A stretch of DNA of 64,000 nt, from positions 640,001 through 704,000 of the forward strand of contig CAWBBV010000001.1 in NCBI GenBank assembly GCA_963787125.1, in the 5' to 3' direction. Each line of letters begins with the position of its first letter. The first letter of the stretch is position 1. Positions 12,835-23,210 of this stretch are shown here, piece after piece. A model generated the notes under the pieces. That model searched no databases. It saw only the letters and a program-made list of their open reading frames with translations, and was not told the origin of the DNA. Source of the DNA: an uncultured delta proteobacterium. Its GTDB lineage: Bacteria; Desulfobacterota; Desulfuromonadia; Geobacterales; DSM-12255. The position numbers and the translations under genes are program-made.

Positions 12835-15342
12835 TTATTTGACGACAAAAGCCGGCGTTGGTTCAAGCCCCCAGATGTCGCTGTTGTATTCTGAAATAGT
12901 CCTGTCAGTTGAAAAGCGACCACTCTTGGCACTGTTGATAATGCTCATTTTTACCCAACGCTCCTCGTTCCGATACGCTTTTGCCACCTGTTCCTGAGCA
13001 GCAACGTATGAAGTGAAGTCAGCTGCAGTCAGCCAGGGATCGTAAGGACTTTTTATGGCGTTGATGATCGGGTCGAAAAGACCTGGCTCAAACATATTGA
13101 AATGTCTGCTCTGCAGAAGATTGAATACACGCTTGAGATTAAGGTCAGCAGCAATAATCTGTTCCGGATCGTAATGCCTTCTGGTATTTTCAACCTCTTC
13201 AGCAGTCAGGCCGAACATGAAGAAATTGTCATCTCCCACCTCTTCCAGAATCTCTATATTTGCTCCGTCCAGCGTCCCGATGGTGAGCGCGCCATTCATC
13301 ATGAATTTCATGTTGCCAGTGCCGGAAGCTTCTTTGCCGGCAGTTGAGATCTGCTCGGAGAGGTCAGTGCCGGGACAGATGATCTCCATGGCGCTCACCC
13401 GGTAGTTTGGCAGGAACGCCACCTTCAACCGATCCCCGACGTCCGGATCACTGTTCACCACTTGGGCGATATTGCTCACTAGCTTGATTATCAACTTTGC
13501 CATGAAGTAGCCAGGTGCAGCTTTGCCGCCGATAAGAACGCAGCGGTTGGTCCACTCCGCTGTATCGCCCCGTTTTATCCGGTCATAAAGGTGAATGACA
13601 TGAAGCGTGTTAAGTAATTGGCGTTTATACTCATGAATTCTTTTTACCTGTACGTCGAAAAGAGAATCCGGATTAAAAACAACACCGCAGTCATCGTAAA
13701 CGAGTGTGGCAAGCCGCTCCTTGTTCTTTCGCTTGACAGCCTGCCAGCGATTACGGAATTCAGGCTGCTCTGCGAGTGGAATTATGGCTGAGATCTCCTG
13801 GAGATCCTTTACCCAGCCACTGCCGATAGATTCGGCAAGCAGAGCCCGGAGCCCGGGATTGCACCACGAAAGCCAACGTCGTGGGGTTACACCGTTAGTC
13901 TTGTTGTTGAATTTATTTGGCCAGAGCTCATAGAAATCTCTGAAAAGCCCTTCCGCAAGGAGTTTCGAATGGAGCGCAGCGACTCCGTTCACCGAGAAAC
14001 TGCCGACTATTGCCAGGTACGCCATTCTCACCTGCGGGGAGGCACCCTCTTCAATGATCGACATTTTTCGCTGACGATCAATATCTCCGGGCCAATGGTT
14101 GGCAACTTCTGCCATAAAACGGGCGTTGAGCTCCAGGATTATGTCGAGGATTCGTGGCAGCAGCCTTCTGAAAAGCTCCAGGGGCCATTTTTCCAGCGCC
14201 TCTGGTAATAGCGTGTGATTGGTGTACGCCATCGTTTTGCTTGTAATTTTCCAGGCGTCGTCCCAACTTAACCTGTGTTCATCCATGAGCAACCGCATCA
14301 ATTCGGGCACCGCACAGCTTGGATGGGTATCATTGAGCTGAAAGACGTTTTTATCGGCGAATCCCGTGAAATCACCCTTTTTTACAATCAACCAGCGGGC
14401 AATGACATCCTGAAGGCTTGCTGAAGCTAGAAAATACTGTTGTTTGAGCCTGAGCTCCTTGCCGTTTTCGCTGGCATCATTTGGATAAAGAACCATGGTA
14501 ATGTTTTCAGCGGCATTCTTGGTGGCAACAGATTCAGGGTAGCTGCCCGCATTGAACTCGCCCAGGTCGAACTCGTCAGTTGCTGCCGCCTTCCAGAGCC
14601 TCAGCGTGTTGACAGTACCGTTCATGTAGCCAGGAACAGGGATGTCATAGGGGACTGCCAGAACATCAAGGGCGTCTACCCAGCGGACGCGAGTTTTGCC
14701 TTCAGCATCATTATAAAACTCGCTTCTACCGCCATAATGAATTTTCTGGCTGTATTCAGGGCGTGCAAGCTCCCATGGATTGCTGCCGCTGAGCCAGTGA
14801 TCAGGCTCTTCCACCTGCCTGCCATTCTCGATCTTCTGGCGAAACATGCCGTACTCATAGCGAATGCCATAACCGGTAACAGGGAGCTGAAGTGTGGCGC
14901 AACTATCGAGGAAGCAGGCCGCCAGTCTTCCCAGGCCGCCATTACCAAGCCCGGCATCATGTTCTGCCTCGACCAGATCTTCAAGATCAAGGCAGACAGA
15001 GTGGAGCGCAGCGCCTATCTCTTCTGTTATCCCCAGACTTAAGGCGGCATTGCCGAGAGTCCGTCCCATAAGGAATTCAAGTGACAGGTAGTAACCCCGC
15101 TTGCAATCACTCTCTTCGTAGGCGTAGCGGGTGTTTTTCCAACGCTCCATAAGCCGGTCGCGTATCGTCAGTGCCAAAGCAACATAGCGATAGTGAGCCG
15201 AGCAACAGTATTTGTCACGGCCGAGATTGTGAGTGTAGTAATGGCGAAACCCTCTGGTGATACCGGCAACATCCATTGCCAGTGCCGGGGCGTCGGTAAG
15301 TGAATGGCTGTAGATTTTCTTCCGAATTTTTATAGCGCTCAT
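12835..15342 (-). CDS. glgP: Glycogen/alpha-glucan phosphorylase
   Basis: GLGNGGLGRLAACF, QLNDTHP, EASGTGNMKFMMNG (PLP lysine). Confidence 0.98.
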   Translation of the reverse strand: MSAIKIRKKIYSHSLTDAPALAMDVAGITRGFRHYYTHNLGRDKYCCSAHYRYVALALTIRDRLMERWKNTRYAYEESDCKRGYYLSLEFLMGRTLGNAALSLGITEEIGAALHSVCLDLEDLVEAEHDAGLGNGGLGRLAACFLDSCATLQLPVTGYGIRYEYGMFRQKIENGRQVEEPDHWLSGSNPWELARPEYSQKIHYGGRSEFYNDAEGKTRVRWVDALDVLAVPYDIPVPGYMNGTVNTLRLWKAAATDEFDLGEFNAGSYPESVATKNAAENITMVLYPNDASENGKELRLKQQYFLASASLQDVIARWLIVKKGDFTGFADKNVFQLNDTHPSCAVPELMRLLMDEHRLSWDDAWKITSKTMAYTNHTLLPEALEKWPLELFRRLLPRILDIILELNARFMAEVANHWPGDIDRQRKMSIIEEGASPQVRMAYLAIVGSFSVNGVAALHSKLLAEGLFRDFYELWPNKFNNKTNGVTPRRWLSWCNPGLRALLAESIGSGWVKDLQEISAIIPLAEQPEFRNRWQAVKRKNKERLATLVYDDCGVVFNPDSLFDVQVKRIHEYKRQLLNTLHVIHLYDRIKRGDTAEWTNRCVLIGGKAAPGYFMAKLIIKLVSNIAQVVNSDPDVGDRLKVAFLPNYRVSAMEIICPGTDLSEQISTAGKEASGTGNMKFMMNGALTIGTLDGANIEILEEVGDDNFFMFGLTAEEVENTRRHYDPEQIIAADLNLKRVFNLLQSRHFNMFEPGLFDPIINAIKSPYDPWLTAADFTSYVAAQEQVAKAYRNEERWVKMSIINSAKSGRFSTDRTISEYNSDIWGLEPTPAFVVK

Positions 15343-15533
15343 CCGTTTTTGTCCTTTTTGGGTAAAATAGAAGTTATTTCAATAGTTTCCGACAGAAAAA
15401 ATAACCTAATTAATGTACGTATCCTGATTTTCAGGGTTAAGTCGCTGTTTTCTGATAGTATAACGCCACTGGCAAGATTTTCATCTTACATCTTTTTATT
15501 GTTTAGGGTAATTTTTACATCAAAGGAGTCACC

Positions 15534-16001
15534 GTGACTAATCTTATCACAGCTGAAGGGCTGAATAAATTGCAGGATGATTTCGATTATCTCTGGAAAG
15601 TGGAGCGGCCGAAAGTTGTCCAAGGAGTTTCTGACGCCGCTGCCGAAGGAGATCGTTCGGAAAATGCAGAATATATTTACGGCAAGAAGCGCTTGCGGGA
15701 GATAGACCGGAAACTGAAACATCTTAGCAGCAGGCTGAAACTGCTTAAAGTGGCTGCTCCGCCGGCAAACCCGCACTCAGTATCGTTTGGCTGCTGGGTC
15801 ACCTATGAAGAGGAAGATGGCACCGAACGCTGCTACCAACTGGTAGGCGCCGACGAGTTCGATGTGACCCTTGGCAGAATCAGCGTCGACTCCCCAGTCG
15901 GGCAGGCGCTTCTGCAAAAGAAGGTGGACGACGAAGTAACCATCCGTCGCCCTTCCGGCGAACTTGTGGTGGTAGTAACCGGGATCAGGGGCGCAGCTTA
16001 G
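15534..16001 (+). CDS. greB: Transcription elongation factor GreB
   Basis: GDRSENAEYIYGKKRLREIDR, ISVDSPVGQALL. Confidence 0.95.
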   Translation: MTNLITAEGLNKLQDDFDYLWKVERPKVVQGVSDAAAEGDRSENAEYIYGKKRLREIDRKLKHLSSRLKLLKVAAPPANPHSVSFGCWVTYEEEDGTERCYQLVGADEFDVTLGRISVDSPVGQALLQKKVDDEVTIRRPSGELVVVVTGIRGAA

Positions 16002-16075
16002 TCAAAAACACTTTCTCCGTGCACCTATAAGAGTCATGCACAGATATTAAGAGCAGGAATCAGGAAGATAGCCCC

Positions 16076-17827
16076 ATGACCATTTTGCTGCATAAATCAA
16101 GAATCGGCCAGATAGTTTCCCGAAAGGTAGTAACTGTTGCCCCGGAAACATCCCTGCAAGAAGCCATTACCCTCATGGCCAGTTCCCAAATCAGCTGTCT
16201 CGTTGTTGCCGAAAAGAAAAGGCCAATCGGTATTTTCACGGAACGGGATCTGGTCAGGGCGATTGCCCGGCGTGCCGAGATGGGCGCCAGGCCGATACGT
16301 GAACTGATGACCAGTCCGGTGGTTACCATTCATGGCAATCTGAGCCTGTATGAAGCGTACAGTATCATGCTTTCCAATAAAATCCGTCACCATGTAGTGG
16401 TTGATCATACCGGCAAGATTATGGGGGTCATGAGCCAGTCCGATCTGATCAACGTGCTCGGTCTGGAATATTTTGTGGAAATGCGTCTGATTGACCAGAT
16501 TATGACCAAAACCGTCATGACAATACCGCTGCAGCTACCACTCTGCGAAGCCCTGACGAGGATGGCCGCCGCCGGGATCAGCTGCGTCGTGGTCGTGAAC
16601 GGCAAATCTCCCGTCGGTATTCTGACCGAACGGGATGCAGTCAGGTTGGTGGCCGAGGGGGTCGATCCGGATTCGGTGCTGATTGGTTCGCTCATGAGCA
16701 GGCCGGTACTGACAGTGCCTCTAGGTGCAACACTCCACAGGGTCGCTCTGCTCATGAAGCAGGAGCGAATCCGTCACATAGTGGTAGTAGATGCCAAAGG
16801 CGAAATCAACGGCATTGTCACTCAGACTGATATCGTCAAGGGTTTGGAAGGGAAATACATCGAGGCGCTGAAGGAGATCATCCGGGAAAAGGAGGATATC
16901 TTCCGCCAGACCGCCCAGGAGCTGCTCGACAAGACCTTTTACCTGGACAACATTCTCAACTCCTCCATCGACATGGCTATTGTTGCCACTGATAGTGATT
17001 TCCACATTAAATATTTCAACCCGGTTGCGGAAAAAGTGTTCAATAGAAGTCCGGCGAGCGCCATCGGTCGTTCTGCCCTGGAACTGAATGACCTGAAGGG
17101 TGCTGCCGGTTCCTATCTGGAACGGGCTTTGAAGATTGTTCGCCGCCGGGGCAAGCACGATTTTGCCACGGAAATCACGCGCAAAGGTCAGACCCGTTAC
17201 TACCAGGGCTCCCTCTCCAGCATTCTCGACCGGCAGAAAAAACTGGTCGGTTACGTCCTGATGCTGCAAGACGTCTCAGAGCGGCGGCAGCAGGAGCGAA
17301 CCATTCATCATATGGCCTATCACGATTCCCTGACCGGCCTCCCCAACCGGGTTCTGCTGGCTGATCGCCTCAATCAGTCACTGGCAGCGGCAAAACGGAA
17401 CTCCGCTGCCGGGGCGCTGATGATTCTCGACCTTGATCGGTTCAAAGATATCAACGACACACTTGGTCACAGTACTGGCGACGAACTGCTTAAAGCTGTC
17501 AGCACCAGACTGACAGAACTGCTGCGCAAGAGTGATACCGTCTCGCGCATGGGCGGCGACGAGTTTGTGCTGCTACTGCCGATAATTGCCAGCAGTGAAA
17601 GTTCGGCACTGATTGCTGCCAAGATCGTCCGGGCCTTCCGCAAACCGTTTTTCTGTGACGGCCATACCCTGAATGTGACGACCAGTATCGGCATTGCCAA
17701 TTTTCCTGCGGATGGCGAGGACGCGGGGACCGTCCTGAAAAATGCCGATATCGCACTCTACCGGGTCAAAGAGACCGGCCGGGACAATTTTCAGCGGTAT
17801 ACGCAAACCGGGTTAAATGGAGAATAA
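16076..17827 (+). CDS. Diguanylate cyclase with four CBS repeats and a PAS domain
   Basis: Two CBS pairs (GIFTERD, GILTERD), [18 protein letters not shown]-site and intact GGDEF. Confidence 0.93.
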   Translation: MTILLHKSRIGQIVSRKVVTVAPETSLQEAITLMASSQISCLVVAEKKRPIGIFTERDLVRAIARRAEMGARPIRELMTSPVVTIHGNLSLYEAYSIMLSNKIRHHVVVDHTGKIMGVMSQSDLINVLGLEYFVEMRLIDQIMTKTVMTIPLQLPLCEALTRMAAAGISCVVVVNGKSPVGILTERDAVRLVAEGVDPDSVLIGSLMSRPVLTVPLGATLHRVALLMKQERIRHIVVVDAKGEINGIVTQTDIVKGLEGKYIEALKEIIREKEDIFRQTAQELLDKTFYLDNILNSSIDMAIVATDSDFHIKYFNPVAEKVFNRSPASAIGRSALELNDLKGAAGSYLERALKIVRRRGKHDFATEITRKGQTRYYQGSLSSILDRQKKLVGYVLMLQDVSERRQQERTIHHMAYHDSLTGLPNRVLLADRLNQSLAAAKRNSAAGALMILDLDRFKDINDTLGHSTGDELLKAVSTRLTELLRKSDTVSRMGGDEFVLLLPIIASSESSALIAAKIVRAFRKPFFCDGHTLNVTTSIGIANFPADGEDAGTVLKNADIALYRVKETGRDNFQRYTQTGLNGE

Positions 17828-17831
17828 TTGC

Positions 17832-19238
17832 ATGACAGAACAGCCTGTGAGGTTAAAGTTGCGCAGCGAATCCGACAGTATGGGTGAAATAGAAGTTCCG
17901 GCGGATGTCTACTGGGGTGCCCAGACCCAACGAGCGCTCGTTCATTTCAGGATAGGTAACCAGCAAATGCCGCTGGAAGTGGTTCGGGCTATGGGAATCC
18001 TGAAGAAGGCTGCCGCGATCGTAAACATGGAGCTTGGACTCCTTCCGGCGGACAAAGGCGAACTGATAATCCAGGCTGCTGAGGAGGTCATCTCCGGTCT
18101 GCTTGACGATCATTTCCCGCTGCCGGTCTGGCAGACAGGCAGCGGCACCCAGAGTAACATGAATGTCAACGAAGTCATCTCCAACCGTGCCATTGAACTC
18201 TCCGGCGGCATCATGGGGAGTAAAGCCCCGATCCATCCGAACGATCATGTCAACCTGTCCCAATCCTCCAACGACACTTTCCCGACTGCCATGCATATCG
18301 CTGCCGCCCAAAGGGTTGTGAGCAGCCTGATCCCGGCTGTTACCAGGGTTCACGCTGCCATAACCTCGAAAGCAGAAGAGTTTAGCGACGTTGTCAAGAT
18401 AGGGCGGACTCACCTCCAGGATGCGGTCCCCCTGACGGTCGGCCAAGAGATGTCAGGCTGGGCCAGCCTGCTGGAGCGGGACATCAACCGCCTGCAGCTG
18501 TCAGTCGCTGGCCTGTATGACCTCGCCATCGGCGGCACCGCTGTCGGCACCGGACTGAATGCACCACCAGGTTTTGCTGAAAAGACCGCCGCCAGGATCG
18601 CCGAACTGACCGCGCTGCCTTTCCGCTCCCATCCGAACAAATTTGCCGCGCTCTCAGCTCATGACGAGCTCCTCTTTGCTCATGGAGCGGTCACCACTCT
18701 CTCTGCCTCACTGATGAAGATTGCCAATGATATTCGCTGGCTCGCTTCCGGCCCCCGGTGCGGCCTGGGAGAGCTGCTGCTTCCGGAAAACGAGCCGGGC
18801 TCATCCATCATGCCCGGAAAGATAAACCCGACCCAGTGTGAAGCCCAGACCATGGTCTGCGTTCAGGTACATGGCAACAATTCCGCAATTGCCTTTGCCG
18901 GCAGTCAGGGGAATTTCGAGCTGAACGTCTTCAAGCCGGTTATCATTCATAACTTTCTCCAGTCGGTAAACCTGCTGACCGACGCCTGTCACTCCTTTGT
19001 CGAGCATCTTCTGGAAGGTCTGACCATCAACCGGGAGCAGATACAAAATCATCTTGATAATTCACTGATGCTCGTTACCGCACTGTCCCCAAAACTTGGC
19101 TATGACCGGGCGGCAAAAATCGCCCATACCGCTCTGCACGCCGGCCTGACGCTCCGTGAGGCCTGTTTGCAGCTGGGTTTTCTGACGGGAGAGGCGTTTG
19201 ATGAGTTAGTGAAGCCGGAGGAGATGACAGGCCGCTAA
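17832..19238 (+). CDS. fumC: Class II fumarate hydratase
   Basis: [35 protein letters not shown]; start at ATG 17832 (ORF track starts 17817). Confidence 0.97.
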   Translation: MTEQPVRLKLRSESDSMGEIEVPADVYWGAQTQRALVHFRIGNQQMPLEVVRAMGILKKAAAIVNMELGLLPADKGELIIQAAEEVISGLLDDHFPLPVWQTGSGTQSNMNVNEVISNRAIELSGGIMGSKAPIHPNDHVNLSQSSNDTFPTAMHIAAAQRVVSSLIPAVTRVHAAITSKAEEFSDVVKIGRTHLQDAVPLTVGQEMSGWASLLERDINRLQLSVAGLYDLAIGGTAVGTGLNAPPGFAEKTAARIAELTALPFRSHPNKFAALSAHDELLFAHGAVTTLSASLMKIANDIRWLASGPRCGLGELLLPENEPGSSIMPGKINPTQCEAQTMVCVQVHGNNSAIAFAGSQGNFELNVFKPVIIHNFLQSVNLLTDACHSFVEHLLEGLTINREQIQNHLDNSLMLVTALSPKLGYDRAAKIAHTALHAGLTLREACLQLGFLTGEAFDELVKPEEMTGR

Positions 19239-19279
19239 AAATAGCTGTAACGCTGTTGCAGCAATCGTTACAGCTATTT
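19239..19279. terminator. Hairpin/terminator after fumC
   Basis: 14-bp perfect inverted repeat AAATAGCTGTAACG / CGTTACAGCTATTT. Confidence 0.75.
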
Positions 19280-19286
19280 ATTGCTA

Positions 19287-19320
19287 ATGACACAATATTG
19301 TAACATTTTTCTGTCAGCAT
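19287..19320 (+). promoter_or_regulatory. Putative Pho box and -10 of phoBR
   Basis: 11-bp-period repeat ATGACACAATA TTGTAACATTT, then CAGCAT 17 bp after the start of the second half-site. Confidence 0.7.
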
Positions 19321-19340
19321 GACTGCTGAGGTCCGAACTG

Positions 19341-20018
19341 ATGAAAGTCGTTATTATTGAAGATGAAAAAGATCTGGCCGAACTGCTTGCGTTCAATCTT
19401 GAAAAAGAGGGTTGGCAGACGCTCATAGCCCTTGACGGTAAATCCGGCTTGGAGCGAGTCTCAGCTGAACTTCCTGACATTGTAATTCTGGATCTGATGT
19501 TGCCGGAGATAAGCGGCACAGAGGTCTGCAAGCAGCTCAGGAAGCAGGCAAGCACCGCTGCAATCCCGATCATTATGGTTACCGCCAAGGGGGAAGAGAT
19601 TGACAGGGTCGTCGGCTTTGAGGTCGGCGCCGATGATTATCTGGTCAAGCCATTTTCTTCTCGGGAGCTTTTGCTCAGGATTAAAGCCATTCTGCGTCGT
19701 TCAACCGCAGAAATAAAAACTGAAAAAAATCTTGTCCTTGGGTGCGTAGAAATTGATCCTTCGCGGCACACGGTCCTGGTAAGCAGGGAAGAAATCGTAC
19801 TTACTTCAACGGAATACAAACTGCTGGTTACCCTGGCAGAGCGCCCCGGCAGGGTTCAGAGCCGTGAACGCCTGCTGCAGGACGTTTGGGGGTACAGCAG
19901 TGACGCCGATACCCGCACGGTGGATACCCACATAACCCGCTTGCGGGGCAAACTTGGCGAGGCCGGCGAGATGATAATAACCGTGCGCGGCTTCGGCTAC
20001 AAAATGGAATGCCGATGA
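19341..20018 (+). CDS. phoB: Phosphate regulon response regulator (OmpR/PhoB family)
   Basis: REC + winged helix, TRTVDTHITRLR, TVRGFGY; adjacent to PhoR and pst genes. Confidence 0.88.
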   Translation: MKVVIIEDEKDLAELLAFNLEKEGWQTLIALDGKSGLERVSAELPDIVILDLMLPEISGTEVCKQLRKQASTAAIPIIMVTAKGEEIDRVVGFEVGADDYLVKPFSSRELLLRIKAILRRSTAEIKTEKNLVLGCVEIDPSRHTVLVSREEIVLTSTEYKLLVTLAERPGRVQSRERLLQDVWGYSSDADTRTVDTHITRLRGKLGEAGEMIITVRGFGYKMECR

Positions 20019-21793
20019 GAATATCTTTCCGCTTCAAGCTGATGATCTCTTATCTTCTTATCCTTCTGGTGATGGGGGGATCGGTTTATTTTTATCTCAA
20101 CCGCACTCTGCAGAGCTCTTTTGTCACCTCGCTGACAGATAATCTTTTAAGCCAGACCAGGCTGGCAGCGTTAATGTTGGGCCGGAACCTGAATAGTCTG
20201 GAAACGGATGCGCCCCCCCTGGCCGCTCAACTGGGGAAAACTCTTACCGCACGAGTCACGATAATTGCAGCGAATGGCACCGTTGCCGGTGATTCGGAAG
20301 TCGCTCCGGCCCAGCTGCACGAGCTGGAAAATCATCTGGGCAGACCCGAGGTTCAAGATGCCTTGATGCACGGTACAGGTAGAGCCGTCCGCTACTCCGC
20401 GACACTTAGACATGAAATGCTCTACACCGCTGCCACCTTCGGCAATAACGGTCATGTTGCCGGTATTGTCAGACTGGCACTGCCACTTTCGGCCCTGCAA
20501 AGCGTTCGCAGCGGCTTGCACCAGACGCTCGGCAGCGCCCTCCTGTTATCTTTTCTTTTGACGCTGATCTTCAGCTATATTCTTTCCCGCCTCACTTCGC
20601 GCCCGTTGCAGCAGGTTGCGGCCATTGCCAAAGAGATCGGCAAGGGTAACTTCAACCGGCGCCTGCCGGCAGAATGGCATGATGAACTTGGGGATCTTGC
20701 CGGCATCATGAATGATATGGCGGCCAAGCTGGATGAACAACTTTCACGGTTGACCGCCGAGCGTAACCGGCTTGATGCGATTCTTTCCGGTATGGGCGAA
20801 GGATTGATGGTGACGGACAAGAGCGGCAGGGTGGCGCTGGTTAATCCGGCGTTCTGTGAGTTGTTCAGAGTGAATGAGGGGGTGGTCGGCACCCCTTTAA
20901 GTCATATTTCCCGGCACCCGGCGCTGCTCGCAGCGTATGATCTAGTCAGGAGCGACAAACGCGAGCTGCAGCAGGAGATGACCGTCCAGACCCCTGAGGA
21001 GAGGTTTCTCAGCACCCACTGGGTTCCGCTATTGGCTGAAAGCGGCATGCAGGGAGTCGTCGCGGTTTTCCATGATGTGACGGATCTGAAACGGCTGGAA
21101 AATATCCGCCGGGATTTTGTTGCTAATGTTTCTCACGAACTCCGCACCCCGGTTACCGTTATCAAGGGTTATTCAGAAACCCTCCTTGACGGGCTTATAA
21201 TTGAGCAACCGGAAAAAGCGACAGAGTTTGTCAGAATAATCCTCAGCCACTCCGAAAGACTGGCCGCACTCTTGAACGATCTCTTAAGTCTCTCTGAGAT
21301 GGAGTCCCCGGCTTTTTCATTCCAGATGAACTCGATCTCTATTGAAGGGACCGTCCGTAAGGTTTGTACGCTGTTGCAAAGCAAGGCAGCCGCCAAAGAG
21401 GTCAGCATCAGCAGCTCTGGTCTTGGGTCACTTTCGTCTGTCATGGCCGATCAGGGGAGACTTGAACAGGTACTGGTCAATTTACTCGATAATGCTGTCA
21501 AGTACTCAGCAGTAGGTGGAAGGATCTTTATAGCCGCCCATGAAGAAGCCGATCATGTTCGGATTTCAGTTAGCGATACCGGTCCGGGAATCCCGGCTGC
21601 CAGTATTCCCCGACTATTTGAGCGGTTCTACCGGGTCGATTCGGGCAGAAGTCGCAACGAGGGTGGAACCGGGCTTGGACTTGCAATCGTCAAGCATATT
21701 GTCCAGTTGCATGGCGGGACAGTCTGGGTTGAAAACAATGTCGCGGGGCCAGGCGCTACCTTCAATTTCACCTTGAAAAAAGTGATCACGTAA
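20015..21793 (+). CDS. phoR: Phosphate regulon sensor histidine kinase (HAMP-PAS-HisKA-HATPase)
   Basis: ENHLGRPEV, RRDFVANVSHELRTPVT, RLFERFYRVD...[16 protein letters not shown] overlap with phoB stop. Confidence 0.92.
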   Translation: MRISFRFKLMISYLLILLVMGGSVYFYLNRTLQSSFVTSLTDNLLSQTRLAALMLGRNLNSLETDAPPLAAQLGKTLTARVTIIAANGTVAGDSEVAPAQLHELENHLGRPEVQDALMHGTGRAVRYSATLRHEMLYTAATFGNNGHVAGIVRLALPLSALQSVRSGLHQTLGSALLLSFLLTLIFSYILSRLTSRPLQQVAAIAKEIGKGNFNRRLPAEWHDELGDLAGIMNDMAAKLDEQLSRLTAERNRLDAILSGMGEGLMVTDKSGRVALVNPAFCELFRVNEGVVGTPLSHISRHPALLAAYDLVRSDKRELQQEMTVQTPEERFLSTHWVPLLAESGMQGVVAVFHDVTDLKRLENIRRDFVANVSHELRTPVTVIKGYSETLLDGLIIEQPEKATEFVRIILSHSERLAALLNDLLSLSEMESPAFSFQMNSISIEGTVRKVCTLLQSKAAAKEVSISSSGLGSLSSVMADQGRLEQVLVNLLDNAVKYSAVGGRIFIAAHEEADHVRISVSDTGPGIPAASIPRLFERFYRVDSGRSRNEGGTGLGLAIVKHIVQLHGGTVWVENNVAGPGATFNFTLKKVIT

Positions 21794-21882
21794 CCCGGAT
21801 AAACTTGATAAGTGGGATAGCAACGTTATTTTCTGCCAGAAAAGCGCAGTAAAAACGGCTAGATCACTAAAAGCGGGTTAAA

Positions 21883-22164
21883 TCAGCTCTCTTCTTCATA
21901 GATATCGATAAAAACTTTCTTGTCGATCCGGTCGAGTCCTTTTGCCATCAACCGCAGGCCGAACATTATCAGTACCAGTCCGAAAAATGCGAACACCGGG
22001 TCTCTCCAGGCAAGTGCCATTATACCGATAACGGTGTAGCCTATCCCGAGTTTCTGGCAACGATCCTGCTTGTCTTCCCCTTTACGGCTGGAGCTGAACC
22101 GGTAAATCTGGTAGCAGATAATTAGCAGCGGGATAATAACGAGCAACTGAAAGAAAAGTACCAT
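21883..22164 (-). CDS. Small membrane protein, unknown function (about 93 aa, three hydrophobic segments)
   Basis: ATG at 22164 behind GGAGA; MVLFFQLLVIIPLL... Confidence 0.7.
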   Translation of the reverse strand: MVLFFQLLVIIPLLIICYQIYRFSSSRKGEDKQDRCQKLGIGYTVIGIMALAWRDPVFAFFGLVLIMFGLRLMAKGLDRIDKKVFIDIYEEES

Positions 22165-22376
22165 AATGCTTCTCCGATATATTTTGTTGATTGTTAAAAT
22201 ATAACTATCAGTTTTTAATCTAGTGTAGCCTTTATACTCCCCACTGCGAGGCAATGCAAGTGTAAGTTGCTGATTTCATGTATTTTGCATGTGTGAGGCG
22301 ACAGTTATCTCAGCTTCCCGCCTATCCCAAGCTCCAATTGATCCGCACCAGCACTCTTTGCATAATTTTTTAAAAC

Positions 22377-22410
22377 CTGTAACTGATCCGCAACATCTCC
22401 ATTCTATGCT
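22377..22410 (+). promoter_or_regulatory. Putative Pho box and -10 upstream of small Cys protein/psiE
   Basis: CTGTAACTGAT CCGCAACATCT then TATGCT at the same +17 offset. Confidence 0.65.
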
Positions 22411-22443
22411 GCCTATAACACGAACAATATGAATGGAGGCGAT

Positions 22444-22647
22444 ATGAAACTGATTCCGTTGGGCGATTATTACGTTTGGCACTGCGACTGGTGCGATAGC
22501 ACCAACTACACGATCTGGACACGCATGGAGCTGGATGGTCTTGCCTGCGCCGCCTGTCACAAAAAAGCCACTGCTTTTAGCGAAAGCTCAGCGGCATTCA
22601 GCCGCCAGCATGGTGCTGACAGAAGCGCTAATAATCTGACACTGTAA
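22444..22647 (+). CDS. Small Cys-rich (CxxC...CxxC) zinc-ribbon-like protein, 67 aa
   Basis: GGAGG RBS, ATG 22444, motifs CDWC and CAACH, no signal peptide. Confidence 0.7.
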   Translation: MKLIPLGDYYVWHCDWCDSTNYTIWTRMELDGLACAACHKKATAFSESSAAFSRQHGADRSANNLTL

Positions 22648-22681
22648 ATCTGGTGACTCTTTAGTTGTAACGGGAGGTCTT

Positions 22682-23119
22682 ATTTTTACTGCAGCCGTTG
22701 ACGACCTGAAAGTAACGCGGTTTTTTGAAACATCTGCCAGGGTACTCCTGTCGTTTCTGATTATGGCGATCATGTGCGCCATTCTCATCGGCATAGGTTT
22801 CACCTTTTACGATCTGCGCCTGGTATTCCGGAGCGAATTCCACGATTTTTTCAGGAAAATTCTGGTCGATACCCTGACGGTCCTTGCCATGGTTGAAGTG
22901 CTGCGAACTGCTTTGGCCTATTTTAGCGAAGGGAGGGTGAAGGTTACCTACATCATCGACACGGTCATTGTCACCGTGCTAACGGAAGTTATGGCATTCT
23001 GGTATCAGGAGATGGAATGGCAGCAGATCGGCATGGTGATTGCGCTGGTACTATCGCTGGCGGGAGTTAGAATCGTCGCCGTCCGCTTCTCGCCGCGCAA
23101 AGCTCGGGAAGAGTTGTAA
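22682..23119 (+). CDS. Phosphate-starvation-inducible PsiE-family membrane protein (first ATG at 22763; frame open to ATT 22682)
   Basis: LTVLAMVEVLRT...EGRVKVTYIIDTVIVTVLTEVM resembles PsiE; located before pstS. Confidence 0.8.
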   Translation: MFTAAVDDLKVTRFFETSARVLLSFLIMAIMCAILIGIGFTFYDLRLVFRSEFHDFFRKILVDTLTVLAMVEVLRTALAYFSEGRVKVTYIIDTVIVTVLTEVMAFWYQEMEWQQIGMVIALVLSLAGVRIVAVRFSPRKAREEL

Positions 23120-23143
23120 AGAGTTATCTGAACTTTAGCAGGG

Positions 23144-23177
23144 TTGTAACAAGATTGTAACATCCGCCTGCTACCTT
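23144..23177 (+). promoter_or_regulatory. Pho box and -10 of pstS
   Basis: Direct repeat TTGTAACAAGA TTGTAACATCC, TACCTT at +17. Confidence 0.85.
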
Positions 23178-23210
23178 GAAATCAGCTGAAAAAGTCAATT
23201 CCAAGGAGAA

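Noticed and set aside
22543..22560. CAACH as a c-type haem motif (also CSHCH in the HNH protein at 58425-58739)
   Set aside because: Neither protein has an export signal and both have a paired CxxC, which fits zinc binding
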